A stretch of 64,000 bases of DNA, from positions 186,310,001 to 186,374,000 of the forward strand of contig OX597814.1 of the NCBI GenBank assembly GCA_951406725.2, written 5' to 3'. The position numbers were made by a program, and so were the translations under genes. The notes under the pieces are model-generated. The model worked only from the letters and a program-made list of their open reading frames with translations. It was not told the origin of the DNA and made no database searches. Position 1 is the first letter of the stretch, and the number at the start of each line of letters is the position of its first letter. The DNA comes from Octopus vulgaris. Taxonomy: Eukaryota. Of this stretch, positions 52,014 through 64,000 are shown piece after piece.

Positions 52014-52383
52014 TAGATTCACTCACAAGGCTTTGGTTGGCCCTTGGCTTATTGGAAGACACTTACCACACAGCCAAGCATGAACCTTTGTATATGCATA
52101 ATATATATTCACATGTACGTACACACACACACACACAAATCTCCACTCATACACAAACATACACAGATTTGTGCATGAATATATGTGTATATGTGTGTGT
52201 GTGTGTGTGTGTACCTGTGCATATATATTATGTATATACATATACAAAGGTCCATGCTTGGCTATGTGATCAGAAGTTTGCTTTCCAACTGCATGGTTTC
52301 AGGTTCAGTCCCCACTGTGTGGTACCTTGAGCAAGTGTCTTCCAATAAGCCTTGGGCCAACCAAAGCCTTGTGAGTGAATCTA
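52014..52383. repeat. Local inverted duplication of a SINE-A head plus its flank
   Basis: 52014-52140 is the reverse complement of ~52190-52383, including the non-SINE flank catatacaaagg. The left arm lacks ~60 nt. Confidence 0.85.
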
Positions 52384-52640
52384 TATATGTATGTATGTAT
52401 GTATGTATGTGCATGCCTATATATGTGTCATTGTGTCTGTTTGTTCCCAACCATTACTTGACAAATGGTGTTGGTGTAATTACATCCCCATAACTTAGTG
52501 GTTCCGCAAAGGAGTTTGATATAAAAAGCACCAGGTTAAAAAAAAAAAAATTACTGAGGTTTATTCATTCGACTAAATATTCTTCAAGGTGATGTCCCAG
52601 CATAGCCACAGTTTAATGACTAAAACAAAATTAAAAAGAT
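52255..52640 (+). mobile_element. SINE family A copy
   Basis: Similar to 58227-58686 from head to tail. Confidence 0.87.
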
Positions 52641-53592
52641 GAAACCACAAAAAATATATACATACATATATATATATATAAAACTTATCCAATGTGTGTA
52701 ACATTTTTATTTTTCACTTTAACAATAAATGACAAAACTAAATTTAATAAAATTCAGTATCTATTATTTTTACAATTTTTGAACAATTTACAACTGCTGA
52801 TTAAACATTAAGCTATATATATATATATATATATATCTAAGTGTCTATGTACTTTAAAAAGATTTTATCCCATATGCTGAAAATTATTAAAAAAAAAAAA
52901 ATGAAAGAAAATCCCTAAACACTAATTATAACTATAAATTGAGAAAGAGTTGTGTATCTAAACTAGAGAAGAATGATACAGCATATGGAATGATTTATTA
53001 ATTCAACTCATATATTAGCTTCCTTGCTGATTCCAGCAGCTTTCTGTTCACGTTCATTTCTATTGAACATAACTGCCCGTCACATCATTTGCACCATATA
53101 TGGCTTGCATTATTCAGAATACAACGATGCTTTCACTGTAGGACCTATTAAATGACTTTTGCAAGCCTTCTTTTCCTTAACTGTCAATATGCTAAAAATA
53201 TTTGAGGCACAACAAATAATTTTTTTCTCTGATATAAAAGAAAGCTTATGACAAAATTTACCATTACTGTGGAGTGGTAAAGATGGCCCAAACTCTACAG
53301 CTTTGTATTTAGTATTTTGTTTGTTCTAAGCTTCAGTCTTACTTTTTAGCTCTTCATTGTGAAGTCAGTACAGTAGCATATTGGTATTTATTTTACACTC
53401 TTAGAAAATTAGCATTTTGTATAGCCAAAAGAAACCATTATCATATTTAGCAAAACTGATTGAGTTCATGTGTGTTTGAGTGTGTGTATTTATGTATGTG
53501 TGTATATATATCAAACTCTGGCCTTGCTAGTTCCCGTCAAACTGTCCAACCTATGCCAGCATGGAAAACGGAGATTAAATGATGATGATGAC

Positions 53593-53639
<47 letters not shown>

Positions 53640-54434
53640 CACACACACACATTATAATTCTTTTACTATATGAGAAAAATTCTGGATGATTTTGGTTTTT
53701 TTCTTCCATCTTTTTGGAGGTTGATAAAATACATTCCAGGCAAGTATTGGGATCGATTAAATCAACTAGAATCCTCTCCAGAAATATTTCTATACCACTA
53801 TTTCCCAACCACTAAGCAGAACTTTGTTGCTTTGAGCAAAAATATTTTAAATTCAAAGCTTCTGTACATAATACAATATTCCATGCAGCTTATGAAGTAC
53901 ATGTTTGCACAATACTGCAACTGCTAAGAGGAAATGCCTTCTACTAATTCTACTATATCTAAGTGATTTTATGGCAGGATAACAAGGTTCATAAAAACCA
54001 TTTCCTGAGAATTATATTTTTAAATGTAATATCACAAAATGTATTTTCCAGATTTATCAAATATGTTTTAGATTTAGATTTCATAAGAAAATAATTTTTT
54101 TCTAATAAAATTTAAGAACGGTGAAAAAGACATAGTTTGAGTTGATTCCCATATATTTGTCTGTTGTAGTGAATTAACTAATCTAATCAGTTCATTTATA
54201 TTTATACACAAAGCCTATCAGATATTGGGCTAAAATGAGCATATGCTCTGTGTGTGCGAGTGTACCTTTTTATAAATAGATAGAGTGCATGTGATCTATC
54301 ATCTCTGGTAAGGCTTACTTTGCTGAAACAATGGTAACCATGTTCACAAAATATTCTGTATTCAACATTGAGTTCTTTTATAACTGTGGACCAACAAGAT
54401 TATACCATATCCAAACCTTCCTCTCTGTGTGTAT

Positions 54435-54600
54435 GTGAAATGTAACTTGGCAGTTCGACAAAAGAAACTGATAGAATAAGTATCAGGCTTAATGGAAAGA
54501 TAAGCACTGGGGTCAATGCATTCTACTACAATAAATTTTCAAGGCGATGCCCCAGCATGGCTGCAGTCTAAGGACTGAAACAAGTAAAAGCTAAAAGATA
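54435..54600 (+). mobile_element. SINE family A 3' half
   Basis: gatagaataagtatcaggc..aaggcgatgccccagcatggctgcagtc..gactgaaacaagtaaaag. Confidence 0.83.
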
Positions 54601-55525
54601 TATTTTAGACCTTGCTTTCTTCTGTCTTGTAAAGCTATCACTTATGGTTAGTTTGGAACACTTTTCTGTTAATAAATAACAAAGAAAGACTTAAGTTATA
54701 CTTTTAAGCTTATATTAAATATTGTTACTGCAATGGAAGAAAAGAGAATCTGCTGCTAAGCTTTTCACCACCATCCACATTTTGTCATATCTAGGGAAAC
54801 ATCTGCAAGGTGATGTGTGTTGTGAGAAATTTTCCGTCCTTTCTACTATATTTTTGGCATTGGTGTTCGGAATTGTAATTCATTCTTTTCCTGTCATTCT
54901 GTTTTTCCCACTCTAAGGTGGATAATCCACTGTAAAGTCTTTGTGTTAGAAGTTAAATCATATCAGGAAAGAACATGCGAAGTAGAAGAATATTAAGTAA
55001 CTAAATAAGAAGCCACTAAACCAACTGTCAGGGCAAAAAAATCAATAAGAGAATCACCAAGAAGCTGGGTTTCAAGCAGAGTATTCTTATCAAGCAAGCT
55101 AAGCGCTAAACAATAGCTCATCCAAACTATATAATGCATGCTTACACTTGCCTGTGTATGTGTGTGTGTGTGCGCGCATGCACACAAATACACACATTCC
55201 ACTTTCATTCTATTGTGAATGCACATATTTAGAATATTGTTACTACTTATAAATCACTACTACTATTCTTATTTTTATACTTTGTTTTCTTTGTTCATTA
55301 CCATCGTTTGGACAGTAGTTTTATACAAGTTCTTTTCTGAGCTATCTTCTGGTTTTTTTTTTTGTTGTTGTTGTTTTTTTTCTGCTGAAGAAACCTTATT
55401 TGAAAGAAAATCAATAACACTAAAGAATCAGAAAATTTATTATTCAGTGAATGGAATGTAGAATTCTACAAATAAAGAATTTCTAGTGTTATCTTATTTG
55501 TTGAATCTGCTTATGTAAAATTTAA

Positions 55526-55562
<37 letters not shown>

Positions 55563-55605
55563 GTACGTATGTATGTATATGTATATATATATATATATAT
55601 ATATA

Positions 55606-55780
55606 GTGAGGATTTGCAAAAAACAAAAGACGGGTGTAAACAACAAATAGATGTATTAGTTTAACGCTTGGAAAGTGAGAAAGTCTTTTACATTTCAAGC
55701 CCACGCTCTTCGTCAGAAAGGAACACAGAAATAAACAGGGAGAGAAAATAGAAAGAGGTTTAGTGGCTAGCAATCTATCA
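55606..55780 (-). mobile_element. (TA)n-embedded element, same family as 24110-24318
   Basis: Colinear reverse-complement similarity to 24140-24318, with (TA)n on both sides. Confidence 0.85.
55685..55720 (-). ncRNA. Minimal type I hammerhead motif with intact core
   Basis: CUUU-CUGACGA-A-GAGC GUGG GCUU-GAAA-UG-UA-AAAG. Confidence 0.65.
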
Positions 55781-56526
55781 TATATATATATATATATATA
55801 TATCAGTGTGTGTATATGTGTATTCACCTCATATACATGTGTGTGTGTCATATATGAAAGAAAGGGAGAGAATAAAAATAAGGAAGCATTGTAAAATATG
55901 TAAATAAGTATTTATTAATGATATATCTCAAAAAAATTGTTATAAATAGTGGCTTATAATACATTGGGTTAAAAACTCCTGAGAAAGAAAGAAGGTAGAA
56001 AGCTACCTATTGAACTTCAGCCACCATTCTTCTGTAACCAAGACGGAAATGCTACCATTTTACACTAAACTTTCTGCTTAATTTGGTGGAAGAAATGCTA
56101 AAGTTTGCTTCAGTGTAATTGTTAGTGTGTCTGACTGGTTTACAGAGGTTGGGTGGTTTGAATCCTGCTGGCAGCTTTCTATCTTTTTTGCTTTGTCCAA
56201 GGGATTTTTAATCCAATGTGTTATAAGTTATGATTTATAGGTGAATTTTCTTTCAGATATATCATTAAAAAAGACATAGATGCGTGTAGTCATTATTTAG
56301 TTTTTTAGATATTGAAAGACTTCTTTATTGTATAAAGTTTTAAGTACATTTTCAAAACTTATAGAAAATTTTAGTTTGCAATTTTTCATCAAGCGGTATG
56401 ATTAAGAAAGAGTATATATTGAGACTTCTGAGAAATCTAATCAATGTTTTGTAAAAATTAAAGAAACCATTTTTTTCAGCCTTTTTAAATACTTTTTCTC
56501 AAGTTTTTTTTTTTTTCGTCGTTGAA

Positions 56527-56742
56527 TCTTTTACTTCTTTCAGTCATTAGATTGTGGCCATGCTGGGGCATTGTCTTGAAGAGGTTTTTTAGTTGAATGA
56601 ATCAACCCCAGTACTTATTTTTTTTTTTTTTGTGCCAAGCCTAGTGCTTATTCTGTTGGTCTTTTTTGCCAAATCGCTAAGTTACAGGGGTGTAAACATA
56701 ACAACACTGGTTTTCAAGTGTGGTGTGGAACAAACAAACATA

Positions 56743-56796
<54 letters not shown>

Positions 56797-56952
56797 TATA
56801 TGATGTGCCTCTTCCAGTTTCCATCTGTGAAATTCACTCACAAGGGTTTGGTTAACCCAGGGTTATAGTAGAAGCCCAAGGTGCTATGCAGTGGAACTGA
56901 ATCCAGAACCATGTTGCTGGGAAGCAGACTTCTCACAACTCAGCTTTGCCTG
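56527..56952 (-). mobile_element. SINE family A copy
   Basis: Similar to 40701-41115 with an internal (CA)n tract. Confidence 0.87.
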
Positions 56953-58226
56953 AATGCTAATATTCATATATTAGCTTCAGGCAAATAGTTTTCTCCTCTC
57001 TGGTATTTTCTGTCACTGTAAGAAAAATCATTGTCGTCACGGGTATTGACTAAATTTTCAAGCATAACTTCTCGCTAGTGTTCAAAAGCATTCAGTTGAG
57101 TACAGACGTTTCTTGCTTATTGCATTATCTATATGAACAAACTACCATTTTCTTGTGTTCCTTCTGAATAATTAAAACTCCTTTAAAGCCGATGCATGTA
57201 ATGTTACAGTAGCATTATTCAGTGTTTCCACCACAAAACTATAAACCTCATGGTAAATCACCTTCTCTAAAGAAAAAAAAAAGAAATTAAAAAAACAGAA
57301 GTAATTCATTATTCTTTACCACCCCAGCATGTCTTCAAGTTTAATGGGGGAGATTTCATTACATATCCTGCGACATATCAATTTCAAAATCCTGATATGG
57401 CATCCACTGTGCGGAAGTTTCTCAGTAGGCCATTTCTGTTCTGCAAGCATATCTGCGGTCAATATTTTATGTCTGTAGCAGCTATGAATATGAAAATATC
57501 TTTCAAACTATTCAGTAAGAAATACTTACAATCATAAGGAAAACAAGCACCTAAGATTTATTTAATTTTATCAAGTTGTTGAACACCAGTTGAATTTTTT
57601 TTTTAAGTCTGGAAAGACAGAAATTTAAAATGCAAAATACAATATGGAAGATCAATTTATTCAAAGGGACCATTTATAGGTTAATGTTGGAAATACCATT
57701 CTTTTTAGTCTTTGAGAAGGAAATTGCAGTAGAGAATTTCTATGGGTTTCTAAGAAATGTTCATAACGACTGCTGTAGTTAATTAAGTGATATTGTAGAC
57801 TATGGTAGTTATAACCTGCTGTTTGTGAAAGCTTATTTAGATATGTAACCATCGGGTTCTTCTCATTCTTGGTAGTGGGGTGCTGAGTGGTGATGGAGCT
57901 ATCTGAGTACTATTCAACTACTTAACCAGTTTAAGAGCTGCAGTCTTGCTCCCAAGGAATCTTGTGTCATAAAAATGTCAACTTGATAATATAATTTGCT
58001 GCTACAAGGAAGTCAAAAAAGCAATCATTAATATATAACTTGACTTACTGTACTGCAACAACTTTTAAGGATACTTTATTTATGACCCATGATTTTTGAA
58101 TTAAAGATGTTTGCTGCAGTGTATTTATAGGTAGGGACATTTACTTTGTTTTCAAGCTACAAGTAAAACTGTTGACTTTCTCAGGGCCAGAGATGAAAGT
58201 ATATATGACCTGCCAAACTTTTCAAA

Positions 58227-58441
58227 GGAGTGGCTGTGTGGTAAGTAGCTTGCTAACCAACCACATGGTTCCAGGTTCAGTCCTACTGCGTAGCATCTTG
58301 GGCAAGTGTCTTCTGCTATAGCCCCGGGCCGACCAATGCCTTGTGAGTGGATTTGGTAGACGGAAACTGAAAGAAGCCTGTCGTATATATGTATGTGTAT
58401 ATATATATATATATCATCATCATCATCATCGTTTAACGTCC

Positions 58442-58479
<38 letters not shown>

Positions 58480-58686
58480 CATGCATGTTTGTGTGTCTGT
58501 GTTTGTCCCCCTAGCATTGCTTGACAACCGATGCTGGTGTGTTTACGTCCCCATCACTTAGCGGTTTGGCAAAAGAGACCGATAGAATAAATCCTGGGAT
58601 TGATTTGTTCAACTAAAATCCTTTAAGGTGGTGCTCCAGCATAGCTGCAGTCAAATGACTGAAACAAGTAAAAGAGTAAAAGAGTA
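58227..58686 (+). mobile_element. Full-length SINE family A with nested family-C tail fragment (~58413-58441)
   Basis: ggagtggctgtgtggtaagtagcttgc..ggttcagtcc..cttgggcaagtgtctt..(microsatellite)..ggtgctccagcatagctgcagtcaaatgactgaaacaagtaaaagagtaaaagag. Confidence 0.93.
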
Positions 58687-58975
58687 TATCTAATCCAGCT
58701 AATGTAGAAGCATATATGAAAAAGTGCATTAAGAATAAAATGCTTTTTAAATATAATTATAAATGTATGTTTATATTTGAAAAATATAGTTATAGGTGTG
58801 TGTGTTAACACCATTCGATGAAATGGTGTCTGTGTTTATATCTTAGAACATAACAGTGAGAGGAATAGAGATTACTCAAGTGAGTACCAAGCTTCAAAAA
58901 CAGTACAAAGGTGAATGTGAATGGCTTCAGCCCTTCAAGACGGTATCCCAGCATAGCTGTAGTCCAGTTACTTAA

Positions 58976-59196
58976 CCCCTTTCTTACCGTATTTCTGTTG
59001 AGATGCTCTGTGTTTCTTTCAATTACTTTAAATATAACAAAGAATTTAGTAAAATAACTTAGTTATCATTCAGCTAGTGTTAGGAACATAAATTGTGACT
59101 AAGGTTTGGTGGAAGATTTTAATTCAAAACTTATGAAAACAAGACATTTGTACTACAGGACCAGAGCTGGTTTCAGACGGGTTGGTAATGAAAGGG
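58976..59196. mobile_element. piggyBac-type MITE (family 1)
   Basis: TTAA at 58972-58975 and 59197-59200. TIRs cccctttcttacc / ggtaatgaaaggg. Homolog of 49083-49261. Confidence 0.9.
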
Positions 59197-59221
59197 TTAA
59201 ATAATAATAATAATGATAAAT

Positions 59222-59437
59222 AATCTGTTCTACTAAAGGCACAAGGCTTGAAATTTTGGGAGAGGACTAGTCGATTACATTGACCCAGTGTTTCACTGCT
59301 ACTTAATTCATCAACCCCAAAAGGGATGAAAGGCAGACTCAACCTCAGCAGAATTTGAACTCAGAACATAACGACAAGCAAAACACCACAAAGCATTTCG
59401 TCCAATGTGCTAACAACTCTGCCAGCTTGCTGCCTTA
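59222..59437 (-). mobile_element. SINE family B copy in (AAT)n
   Basis: Reverse-complement match to 18847-19071 with CpG decay. Confidence 0.88.
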
Positions 59438-60224
59438 ATAATAATACTAATAATAACAATAAGCAAGAATATCTTAAATTCAAAGGAATTATATAGTTCA
59501 TTGTTAAAGGACACAATTAAAAATGTTACATACTTCTTTTTTCCTTGACACATTACCACTTTACATATTTTTTACTAATTAAATAAGGTGTTTGTATGTA
59601 TAAATCCAATTAGAAGGTTACTTAGATGTCCTACTTCATAAAAATGTAACCATTTAATCATTCAGAATTATAGAATATATTTCGTCTAAGAACTGTATCA
59701 AACACATTGGCTAATTTTTATTCTTATAAACATTGTGACTCTAATTAACTAGAAAAGCTGGCTTTCTGAATTTTAGTTAAATTTAGGTTTTTCTGTGTAA
59801 ATGTTTGTTAAAACTATACTTTTAGAAAAAAGGAAAAAATTGTATTAGTTGCCATATTTTTCAGCTAGTAGTAATCATGTTCTAATATAACTCTATTTAT
59901 TCTATGATGATAATAATAATAATAATAAAAAGGAGCATTATTATTTTCCTCTCATTGAGATAAATTCATGAGTTTGTAGAATTTTCTCTTTCACTATCAT
60001 TTCAAGGAATTCAAAAAGAAATTGTTGTTAATTTTATTCAGAAACATTTTTGCAAAATATAGCTCTTTTTTTATAAGATAATTTATATTACTAACGTTTT
60101 ATTTTCTGTGTGACATATATAAATTTTTCTAATATATAAATTAAATAAAATGGAAATAGTTTAATGTTTGAAACTTTTGAAATATGTACAGTTAATATTC
60201 AAAATTTTCTTTGATTATTGGAGT

Positions 60225-60473
60225 ATATACATATATATATACACATATATACTTACACACACACACATATATACTTACATATATATATATATATACACAC
60301 ACATATACTTTTATATATATATATATATACACACACATATATACTTATATATATATATACACACACATATACTTATATATATATCTATACATATATACAT
60401 ATATATTTACACACACACACACACATATATATGTGTGTGTGTGTGTGTGCAGTATAGTTTTCATGAAGCATTG

Positions 60474-60515
<42 letters not shown>
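60225..60515. repeat. Compound (TA)n/(CA)n microsatellite with a repeated acacacacatatatactt unit
   Basis: Directly visible. Confidence 0.93.
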
Positions 60516-60516
<1 letters not shown>

Positions 60517-61525
60517 AAAATTATTTTATTTTGTAAAGCCAAAACATAATTATATATATATCATTATGTAATTATAAACACACACACAATCACAGTCTCT
60601 CTTTAATCTATATGTCTGTGTGTGTGCGTGAACATTCAATTGTGTGTGTAAATATGTTTGAGAGAGTGAGATGCCAGCTGTCTATTGCGTAAATAATAGT
60701 ACATTTATCTGGTAGGCAAAAGAATCATGGCTTTATTTTCATCAGTGGGTTTGTTGCTTTTTATTTTTTCATTCTCCCTCAAATTGCTCTTTAAAATATA
60801 TATATAACTGTGCAAGTTTGTATGCAAGTAAAAAAAAATTGTAATATATTTATATTTTGTATTTTTTTAGATAGTTTTACTATTGTAGTCACAGATATAT
60901 TTTTAATGTATTAAAGGCAACACATTTTGTCATTTAAAGATCACAATCTGTATTAACTTTGGCTGCCTTAGTGTTATTTCTTCACACAAGGTACTCATTG
61001 TTAGTGTCAATTTTTTACTTAATAGGATACCATGACAATGATTTTCAATAAGTATACATTTGTGATTTATATTGTGAAAAGTAGAAACATTTAAAAAATT
61101 CTATTCATATTTGCTCCAAATTCATTTGATTGTCACACCTTTGCATGTCTTAAAGATGTTTACAAAATGTTACTCTAAAAATATAATTGAATTATTCATG
61201 AATATTTTAAAAGGTGTGTGTGTGTGTCCGTCCTTGACTTCACGTTGTGTGATAGTTGTAAACCAGTGATACTATCATAAGAGCGATATCATTGGTTATT
61301 AATTTTCCGCGAAAACATGTCTGGCCATGGGGATGTATTACCTTGCTTGGAAACTGAAGATTGGCAGCAGAAAGGACTTTGTAAAATCTGATTCACCAAA
61401 TTCCATCTGATACATACAAGCATGGAAAAGTTGGCTTTAAAACAATGATGATGGCAGCGATAATGACATGATGACAATGTCTGGAAGAAAGTAATCTATT
61501 AATAGCTGAATTCTCATTTACTAAA

Positions 61526-61703
61526 TAATAGAACATATATATATATATCATATACAATAGAACATATGTATATATATATATATCATATAATAATAGAACA
61601 TATATATATATATCATATAATAATAGAACATATATATATATATCATATAATAATAGAACATATATATATATCATACATAATAGAACATATATATATATAT
61701 TCA
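61526..61703. repeat. ~30-bp minisatellite, about 6 copies
   Basis: Unit taatagaaca(ta)n tcatataa repeated in tandem. Confidence 0.92.
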
Positions 61704-62175
61704 TTTTAAAGAAATTCTTATGCTAAACTGCATTCAATACAGTATAGGTATCAAAATCTATCTTATATTTAGTGAAATACTCCAGTCATTTGGATAGTTT
61801 GAATTTTTGTGGCCTTAGCTGTGAGAAGAACTTGTCATAAAGTTTTTCTACTGTTCATATTTTATCACGACTTTACATGAAGGATTGTTGCCCTTTAAAT
61901 AGTTGAATAACTCCAAGTGGCGTCTGTAACTATGTTTCTATGCATGTGTGTGTGTGTAGATAGATAGATAGATATGTGTATGTGTAACAGTGGGCAAACA
62001 TGTAGAACAACACTTGCTGAGATTACTCCCCTGCTCCATTTTCTTTCTTCTTTTCCAGTTTCTCTCTTTCTTCTGTCTGAAAAATGTCAGAGCCATTTCT
62101 TTCCCTTTCTCCCAAACATCAAGCTAATAATATGGAGAGCTTCTCTTGTCCTTTTGTTCTTTACTCTGTGTGTGT

Positions 62176-62392
62176 CGGTATGGTTGTGTGGTAAGAAGTT
62201 TGCTTCCCAACTGCTTGGTTTCAGGTTCAGTCCTACTGTGTGGCACTGTAATCTAGCAGTTTGGCGAAAGAGACCGATAGATTAAGTAGCAGGCTTTAAA
62301 AACTATAAGCACTGGAGTGAATTCACTTGACTAAAAGTCTTCAAGGAGGTGCCCCAACATGATCACAATCTAATGACTAAAGCAAATAAGAG
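62176..62392 (+). mobile_element. SINE family A copy with internal deletion
   Basis: Head tggttgtgtggtaagaagtttgc joined directly to the 3' half. Confidence 0.82.
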
Positions 62393-62464
62393 ATTTTAAA
62401 AGCTTGAAGGTTATTATTGATATGATGATACTACCACCTCTGAAGTTCATAAATGCCAGTTAGG

Positions 62465-62640
62465 CAAAGTTTTATCTGAGGCATCAGATGAACCCATATA
62501 ATGGCAAGAAATGCAAATGAGGGCAACACTGTCCAACACCATCACTCACCAGAAGACCAAGGAAATAAACTGAAATAAACTAATAATCACAGCAATGGTG
62601 ATGCCCTAGCATAGTCACAGCCTCTGGCTGAGAAAAAGAA
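62465..62640 (+). mobile_element. 3' fragment of a CR1-group LINE related to 5830-7298
   Basis: cagatgaacc..agaaatgcaaatgagggcaacac..ggtgatgccctagcatagtcacagcc..gctga parallels 7130-7290. Confidence 0.65.
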
Positions 62641-62737
62641 AGTGAAAATTAAAGTAAAAAAATGTAATATACATATAAATGTACATGTACATAGAAGTTT
62701 CTTAATTCAAAAAACCAAAATCATTGGTTTTTTGAAT

Positions 62738-63044
62738 CAGTGGTTCTTAACCATTTCTTTACCTCTGGACCCCTTTGATTATTATTTTACACTGGTGGAC
62801 CTCAATAGTGATTCAGTGTTTAAAAACTAATTTTATACTCTGTTTTCCCACATTCACTTGTGTACTTTGAACCACATAAAACATTAGAGAAAGAAACCAA
62901 GCTATTTCTTGCAATAAATAAATCTAAAACAAAATTTTTTTTCAGTCTCTTACTATACTACTGTGGATTCCCAATTTACAATTTTGCTTGCATGGACCAC
63001 ACAAAAAAAAAATCTTACAATGGACCCTGGTTGAAAAACCACTG
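62738..63044. mobile_element. hAT (Charlie-type) MITE
   Basis: TIRs cagtggttcttaacc / ggttgaaaaaccactg, repeated subterminal tggacc motifs, decayed 8-bp flanks (ttttgaat / atttagat). Confidence 0.85.
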
Positions 63045-64000
63045 ATTTAGATGAAGCTCAATATAGATTCATTTATGCCTTAGATTCTTTATGACACTCA
63101 CAAAGGTAGCAAGCAGAGTATCTGACAAAAGAGAAAGCATGTAGGAGGGATTAGGCAGTTGGGAGAGGGCAGAACAACTAAGCTAAGCCATCTTTGTATG
63201 CAAGTTGTGTGTGTGTGTGTGTGTTTTATGTTCTTTTTTCAAAAATGCTGCTTCTTTGAAGGTCCTGCTTAGAATGCTAATCATGTAATTGAATATATGA
63301 TCTTAGCAGATGAAAACCAAAGGTATAAATGTTCTTTTATTACAGGTAGGATATAATTTAGGTTAGTTAGTAACATTCAAATCATGTGACGGCTTTAGTT
63401 TTATTGACATTTAAACAATGAAAAAAAAGGATAAAAGAAAGACTTATTTGAATGTTTTTTCAGCTTTAGGTATTGTTCTTATTCAAGTGTTGATTCTTCC
63501 TTGTTTATCTGATCCCTTTCAAAACCTGTAGTTTTATTTCACAAATGCTATTTTTGTAATAAATTTTGACTATAATACTTCAAGAACATTAAAAAAAAAA
63601 AGATAATTCTCATGAAAACTTTCAAAGTTGTTGGAAGATCTGTTATTGATGCAAAGAACACACCCTCACACCCTCTCACACACACACACACACACACTCA
63701 CACATTTCTACATAAAGGAAGTTATTGATATTCAGTTCATGTAACTATCCTCACGTTATCATTAACATCTAAAAATGTTAACAGTTCCCCGAATACTAGT
63801 AAGAATTTAATCTTTTGCTGGTGTATGTCAGTGTCCATATTTTGAAACATTTTCTTTTAGTCTTCAGATAGTTCCTAGAAAATGAAATGTCAGATTATAT
63901 CTGAGTCATTCTGGAAGCAAAATATTTTCTCCAAATTGTTTCAACATCTATTTACATTCATAAGACATTACCGTTACAGTTATTTGCAATGTTTACATAG

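Noticed and set aside
58227-58300. tRNA-like A/B boxes here and in other SINE heads
   Set aside because: They continue into SINE bodies and do not form a full cloverleaf, so they are not tRNA genes.

Overview
This is AT-rich, repeat-dense animal genomic DNA, probably intronic or intergenic octopus (coleoid cephalopod) sequence. That assignment is inferred from the SINE families and the extreme microsatellite load, not from a database search. I see no confidently intact protein-coding gene; almost all listed ORFs are microsatellite or SINE read-through. The window holds a decayed CR1-group LINE (5.8-7.3 kb) whose 3' tail is shared with an abundant tRNA-derived SINE, two other SINE-like families, and hAT-, piggyBac- and mariner-type MITEs, several with visible TIRs/TSDs. 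The main hunt result is at least six unrelated short elements, mostly sitting in (TA)n tracts, that carry minimal type I hammerhead-ribozyme folds (core CUGANGA..GAAA, palindromic helix III). Two occur as inverted pairs and one has a U3-A8 compensatory core. They look like Penelope-like pseudo-LTR or retrozyme relics. Other observations: near-perfect fold-backs that could be ADAR substrates, a templated insertion into a mariner MITE, a sharp CpG-retained to CpG-depleted boundary near 24.4 kb, and a candidate signal-peptide exon next to that boundary. All coordinates and folds were read by eye.
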